From assembly GCA_036489775.1 (NCBI GenBank), contig DASXFC010000001.1, positions 9,982 to 73,981 on the forward strand: a stretch of 64,000 nt of DNA, in the 5' to 3' direction. The notes beneath the pieces are model-generated. The model saw only the letters and a list, made by a program, of their open reading frames with translations. It did not search any database and was not told where the DNA came from. Shown here piece after piece: positions 60,985 to 64,000 of the stretch (within the stretch, counting starts at the first letter, position 1; each line of letters begins with the position of its first letter). This stretch comes from Acidimicrobiales bacterium. Lineage in GTDB: Bacteria; Actinomycetota; Acidimicrobiia; Acidimicrobiales; RAAP-2. A program made the position numbers and the translations under genes.

Positions 60985-61731
60985 CTAGGCCGCCTCCGGC
61001 CCATCTGCGGGACCGCCGCCACCCGACCCGTTCTCCACCTCCACCGGTGCCACCGCCCCCGACCGGGCCGGCAACCACAGCGAGCATTCGATGCTGCGTT
61101 CGGCCGAGCGCCGCCCGCTCACCCGCACCTCGGCTCGGCGACCCTGCAGGTGGCCATGGCCGCGACCGATCCCGTCCCACTCGACCGCGCCGACCGTGAG
61201 GGCCACGTCCCCCACCTCGGGCCAGGCGCTGGCCTGTGCCATCAGCACCACCAACGCGGCCTGCCGCTCACGGGCCCGGGCGCTCAGATGGCGGGCCGCT
61301 CGGGATCGAGCTTGTCCCGGTGGCGCGACCAGCACGACGTCGACCCCGGCGAGCAGATCGCTTGCCGCCGCGGCCCAGCCGTTCCCCGTATTCGGCACGA
61401 AGACGACCCGGCGCAGATCCACCCCGAGTTCGGCTGCCGCCATCACCCCGGGATCGGACAAACCGACGGCAGCACACCAGCTCCCGCTCTGCGAGGCCGC
61501 GGCCAGGAGGGCCAGGGCCAACGTGGTCCCCCCGTGACCGGGCTGTCCCGAGACCGTGATCGTGCTGCCACGCCGGAGCGCGCCATCCGGGAAGAGCGAG
61601 GCCAGGGCGGCGGGGACGGGCAAGAGCCTCCCGGCCACCGGCGTCGACGGCCGGATCCGGTCGGCCAACCCGGCCGGCAGGACCCGGGTCCGGGGGGAGG
61701 TGAATCCGCCGGCGGCGAAAGAAACGAACAT
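60985..61731 (-). CDS. imuA: ImuA' (RecA-fold, SOS mutasome accessory protein)
   Basis: ORF 60985..61827 trimmed to ATG 61731 (MFVSFAAGG). The P-loop-like core is GSTITVSGQPGHGGTTLALALLAAASQSGSWCAAVG. The ATG lies inside the LexA box. Confidence 0.8.
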   Translation of the reverse strand: MFVSFAAGGFTSPRTRVLPAGLADRIRPSTPVAGRLLPVPAALASLFPDGALRRGSTITVSGQPGHGGTTLALALLAAASQSGSWCAAVGLSDPGVMAAAELGVDLRRVVFVPNTGNGWAAAASDLLAGVDVVLVAPPGQARSRAARHLSARARERQAALVVLMAQASAWPEVGDVALTVGAVEWDGIGRGHGHLQGRRAEVRVSGRRSAERSIECSLWLPARSGAVAPVEVENGSGGGGPADGPEAA

Positions 61732-61739
61732 ATGTTCGT
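61724..61739. promoter_or_regulatory. LexA (SOS/Cheo-type) box: perfect 16-bp palindrome ACGAACATATGTTCGT
   Basis: Read directly from the sequence. It matches the Gram-positive/actinobacterial consensus (T)CGAAC-N4-GTTCG(A). It overlaps the imuA' start codon, and a TANNNT hexamer (TAAGGT, 61745..61740 on the minus strand) lies 8 nt upstream of that ATG. Confidence 0.82.
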
Positions 61740-61838
61740 ACCTTATCGAGGTGGTGATCCCACCGCACTGGGCGCCAAATGCCCTGCTCAGCCCGCCTCC
61801 GGTTCGGATTGGCCGGTCCGGAGGCACACTGTGGGCCC

Positions 61839-62567
61839 ATGTGCGGACGCTTCGCGCTCATCACGCCACCGGTCCGGCTGGCCCGCTACTTCGGCGCCAC
61901 GCTCGATGACGCCGTCGAGCCCGAGCAGGCCCCGAGTTTCAACGTGGCACCGACCGATCAGGTCGTCGGAGTCGAGACGCGGCTCGACAAGGAGACCGGT
62001 GAACCCCTCCGGCGTTTGCGCGGCTTCCGCTGGGGGTTGATCCCCTCCTGGGCCAAAGACCCGTCAGGTGGCAGCCGCCTCTTCAACGCTCGCAGCGAGT
62101 CGGTCACCACCAAGCCGTCGTTCCGCACCGCCTTCGAGAAACGCCGGATCATCGTCCCGGCCGACGGCTTCTACGAGTGGCGCACGCTCAGCAAGGGAAC
62201 GAAGCAGCCCTACTTCTTCACCCGAACCGATGGGGCACCGATGGCCTTCGCCGGATTGGCCGAATGGTGGCGCAACCCCAAGGTGCCCGGCGAGGCGCCC
62301 TGGGTGCACTCGTGCACGATCATCACGGCGCCGGCCGGCCCCGACATGGGAGGGATCCACGACCGGATGCCCGTCATCCTCGATCCCGCCACCTTCGATC
62401 TGTGGCTCGACCCTGGCAATGACGACGTCGATGAACTCACCGGCCTCCTCCACGCCGGCGCCACCGGCACGGTCACACACCACGCCGTCGGCTCCGGGGT
62501 CGGCAATGTCCGCAACAACGAACCCAGCCTGATCGCGCCGGCGGCCGAGCAGCAGCAGCTGCTCTGA
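61839..62567 (+). CDS. SOS-response-associated peptidase (SRAP/YedK/HMCES family)
   Basis: ORF 61779..62567 trimmed to ATG 61839, so that the product begins MCGRF (invariant Cys2 nucleophile). Motifs FNVAPT, WGLIPSWAKD, NARSE, PADGFYEW and HDRMPVIL. Confidence 0.92.
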   Translation: MCGRFALITPPVRLARYFGATLDDAVEPEQAPSFNVAPTDQVVGVETRLDKETGEPLRRLRGFRWGLIPSWAKDPSGGSRLFNARSESVTTKPSFRTAFEKRRIIVPADGFYEWRTLSKGTKQPYFFTRTDGAPMAFAGLAEWWRNPKVPGEAPWVHSCTIITAPAGPDMGGIHDRMPVILDPATFDLWLDPGNDDVDELTGLLHAGATGTVTHHAVGSGVGNVRNNEPSLIAPAAEQQQLL

Positions 62568-62655
62568 AGCTCACCATCGGTACCATCTGGCCGTACTTGG
62601 TACCGTACGGTTCGGAGGGGGTCCCGATGATGAGCAGCGCGCAAGGGTTGTCGCA

Positions 62656-63933
62656 ATGAACACGGTGCCGCACGCCGGCACGGTCCAACCAGGTTTCGAA
62701 CCGGTGCAGCAGGCCTTCGTCAAAGGGCTCAAGGAGTTCGGTCCCGGTGGCGGGGCCCTGGCGGCCTACGTCGACGGCAAGCCGGTGGTCGACCTGTGGG
62801 GTGGGTACGCCCGTCCGGGCGTGGCCTGGAGCGCAGAGACCACCACCGTCCTGATGTCCTCGACCAAAGGATTCGCCACGCTGTGCGCGCAGATCCTGGT
62901 GGACCGCGGCCAGCTCGACGTCGATGCCCCGGTGACCAAGTACTGGCCCGAGTTCGGGCAGGCCGGCAAGGAGGGGATCCTGGTCCGGCACATCCTCACC
63001 CACACGTCGGGCGTCATCGGCTTCGGAAACCATCGCCCACCATTGGAATGGAACGGATCAGGGTGGGATGACTACGACGCCCTCGCCGCCGGCCTGGCCG
63101 CGTCCGTGCCGTCGTGGACCCCGCCCGGATCACAGTTCGGCTATCACGCTCTCACCTACGGCTGGCTGCTCGGGGAAATCGTCCGTCGCATCACCGGGCG
63201 CACCATCGGTCGGTTCTTCCACGACGAGGTGGCAGCCCCGCTTGATCTCGACATCTGGATCGGGACCCCCGACGATGTTCGGCCCCGGGTGGCGGAGATC
63301 CAAAACCACATCGAGGACGGGATCCCGTTCATCATCCGGCTGTTCTTCAAGCGCTCGCTGGCCGCGCTGGCCGACCCCACGACCCTGCCCGGTCAAGCTT
63401 TCCTGGCCGACGGCGACGGCAAGAACCTGTTCGACCATGCCGACGAACTGTTCAACCGGGGCCCGGCTCTGGCGGCCGAGATTCCTGCGGGCGGCGGCAC
63501 CGGAACCGCCCGCAGTGTGGCCCGCCTGTATTCCATGTTGGCCGAGGGCGGCGAACTCGACGGGACGCACATCGTCTCGCCCGAGATCGTGAAGAGGTTC
63601 GCAGCCCAAGAGATCCGCATGGATGACGTGCTGATGTCTCAGGTCGTCCCGGCCTGGCTGCGCCGGTTCGCCTTTAAACCGGTCCGGCGAACGCTGGGCT
63701 ATTTGATGAACCCGACGCCGTTGGCTGGAGCGAAACCGACCTTCGGGCCCAATCCCCACGCCTACGGCCATGATGGGGCGGGCGGCCAGATCGCCTTCTG
63801 CGACCCGGACCGTCGTATCGCCGTCGGCTTCATCCGCAACGACCTCATCTCATCGCCGCGCTTTTCCAGCCAGCTCATCGATGTGCTGTACCGCTGCGTC
63901 GATGCGCAGGTGCCGCAGATCCAGGCGGCCTGA
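62656..63933 (+). CDS. Serine hydrolase, class-C beta-lactamase/esterase (EstB-like) family
   Basis: ORF 62656..63933. The SxxK motif is MSSTKGF. It is followed by HILTHTSGV and, near the C-terminus, YGHDGAGGQIAF. Confidence 0.9.
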   Translation: MNTVPHAGTVQPGFEPVQQAFVKGLKEFGPGGGALAAYVDGKPVVDLWGGYARPGVAWSAETTTVLMSSTKGFATLCAQILVDRGQLDVDAPVTKYWPEFGQAGKEGILVRHILTHTSGVIGFGNHRPPLEWNGSGWDDYDALAAGLAASVPSWTPPGSQFGYHALTYGWLLGEIVRRITGRTIGRFFHDEVAAPLDLDIWIGTPDDVRPRVAEIQNHIEDGIPFIIRLFFKRSLAALADPTTLPGQAFLADGDGKNLFDHADELFNRGPALAAEIPAGGGTGTARSVARLYSMLAEGGELDGTHIVSPEIVKRFAAQEIRMDDVLMSQVVPAWLRRFAFKPVRRTLGYLMNPTPLAGAKPTFGPNPHAYGHDGAGGQIAFCDPDRRIAVGFIRNDLISSPRFSSQLIDVLYRCVDAQVPQIQAA

Positions 63934-63960
63934 CCATTCCGAACCCGCCGGCCTGACCTG

Positions 63961-64000
63961 ATGAGCCCGAAAGATCCTTTCGAGCTCGCGCGCTTCCAAA
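63961..64000 (+). CDS. 5' end of an unassigned gene (possibly DUF1810-like); continues past the window end
   Basis: ATG 63961 gives MSPKDPFELARFQ... The DPF.L.RF start resembles the DUF1810 N-terminus from memory, but only 13 codons are visible. Confidence 0.25.
   Translation, partial: MSPKDPFELARFQ

Noticed and set aside
1-64000. Scanned for mobile elements, defence systems, CRISPR arrays, and tRNA, rRNA or tmRNA genes.
   Set aside because: I saw no transposase, integrase, recombinase, phage, restriction, Cas, toxin-antitoxin or nuclease/ATPase gene. There is no array of short direct repeats. No non-coding gap is long enough for an rRNA (the longest gaps are 248 and 224 nt). I saw no cloverleaf-like sequence in gaps over 70 nt, but this was done by eye only, so tRNAscan/Infernal should confirm it.

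Overview
This is a 64-kb, gene-dense chromosomal segment that looks GC-rich (roughly two-thirds G+C by eye, not computed). Gene content and signals point to Actinomycetota: LLM/F420-type oxidoreductases, DUF1707, DUF3052, an imuA'-imuB-dnaE2 cassette behind a GAAC-N4-GTTC LexA box, many GTG/TTG starts and many 4-nt start/stop overlaps. Many ORF-track entries are GC-driven antisense or upstream read-through artefacts. After trimming I support about 62 protein-coding genes, one probably frameshifted gene, and a few DNA motifs. I saw no tRNA, rRNA, CRISPR array, transposase/integrase or phage gene.

Functional themes:
- Two CoA-dependent lipid or steroid-side-chain-like beta-oxidation modules: a thiolase + DUF35 + NTF2 + LLM group, and an ACAD / MaoC pair / family-III CoA-transferase / ACAD operon.
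- Polyamine/amine catabolism: an Lrp-controlled transaminase, FAD oxidase, aminobutyraldehyde dehydrogenase and alanine dehydrogenase, plus a distant gamma-glutamyl ligase/hydrolase pair.
- A cytosine-salvage cluster (NCS1 permease, PRTase, FCY1-type deaminase, upp) in which a Rieske oxygenase is translationally coupled to upp.
- The LexA-controlled mutasome, with a divergent SRAP gene.
- Housekeeping genes: ileS, lepB, cobQ.

The leads I rate highest:
- A completely cysteine-free HMG-CoA-synthase-like::DUF35 fusion coupled to an intact thiolase.
- A secreted protein built from about 12 copies of a ~42-aa repeat I cannot assign.
- The Rieske-upp coupling.
- A 224-nt structured gap upstream of the NCS1 permease.

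None of these can be proven without database and structure searches. All function calls rest on motif recognition by eye.
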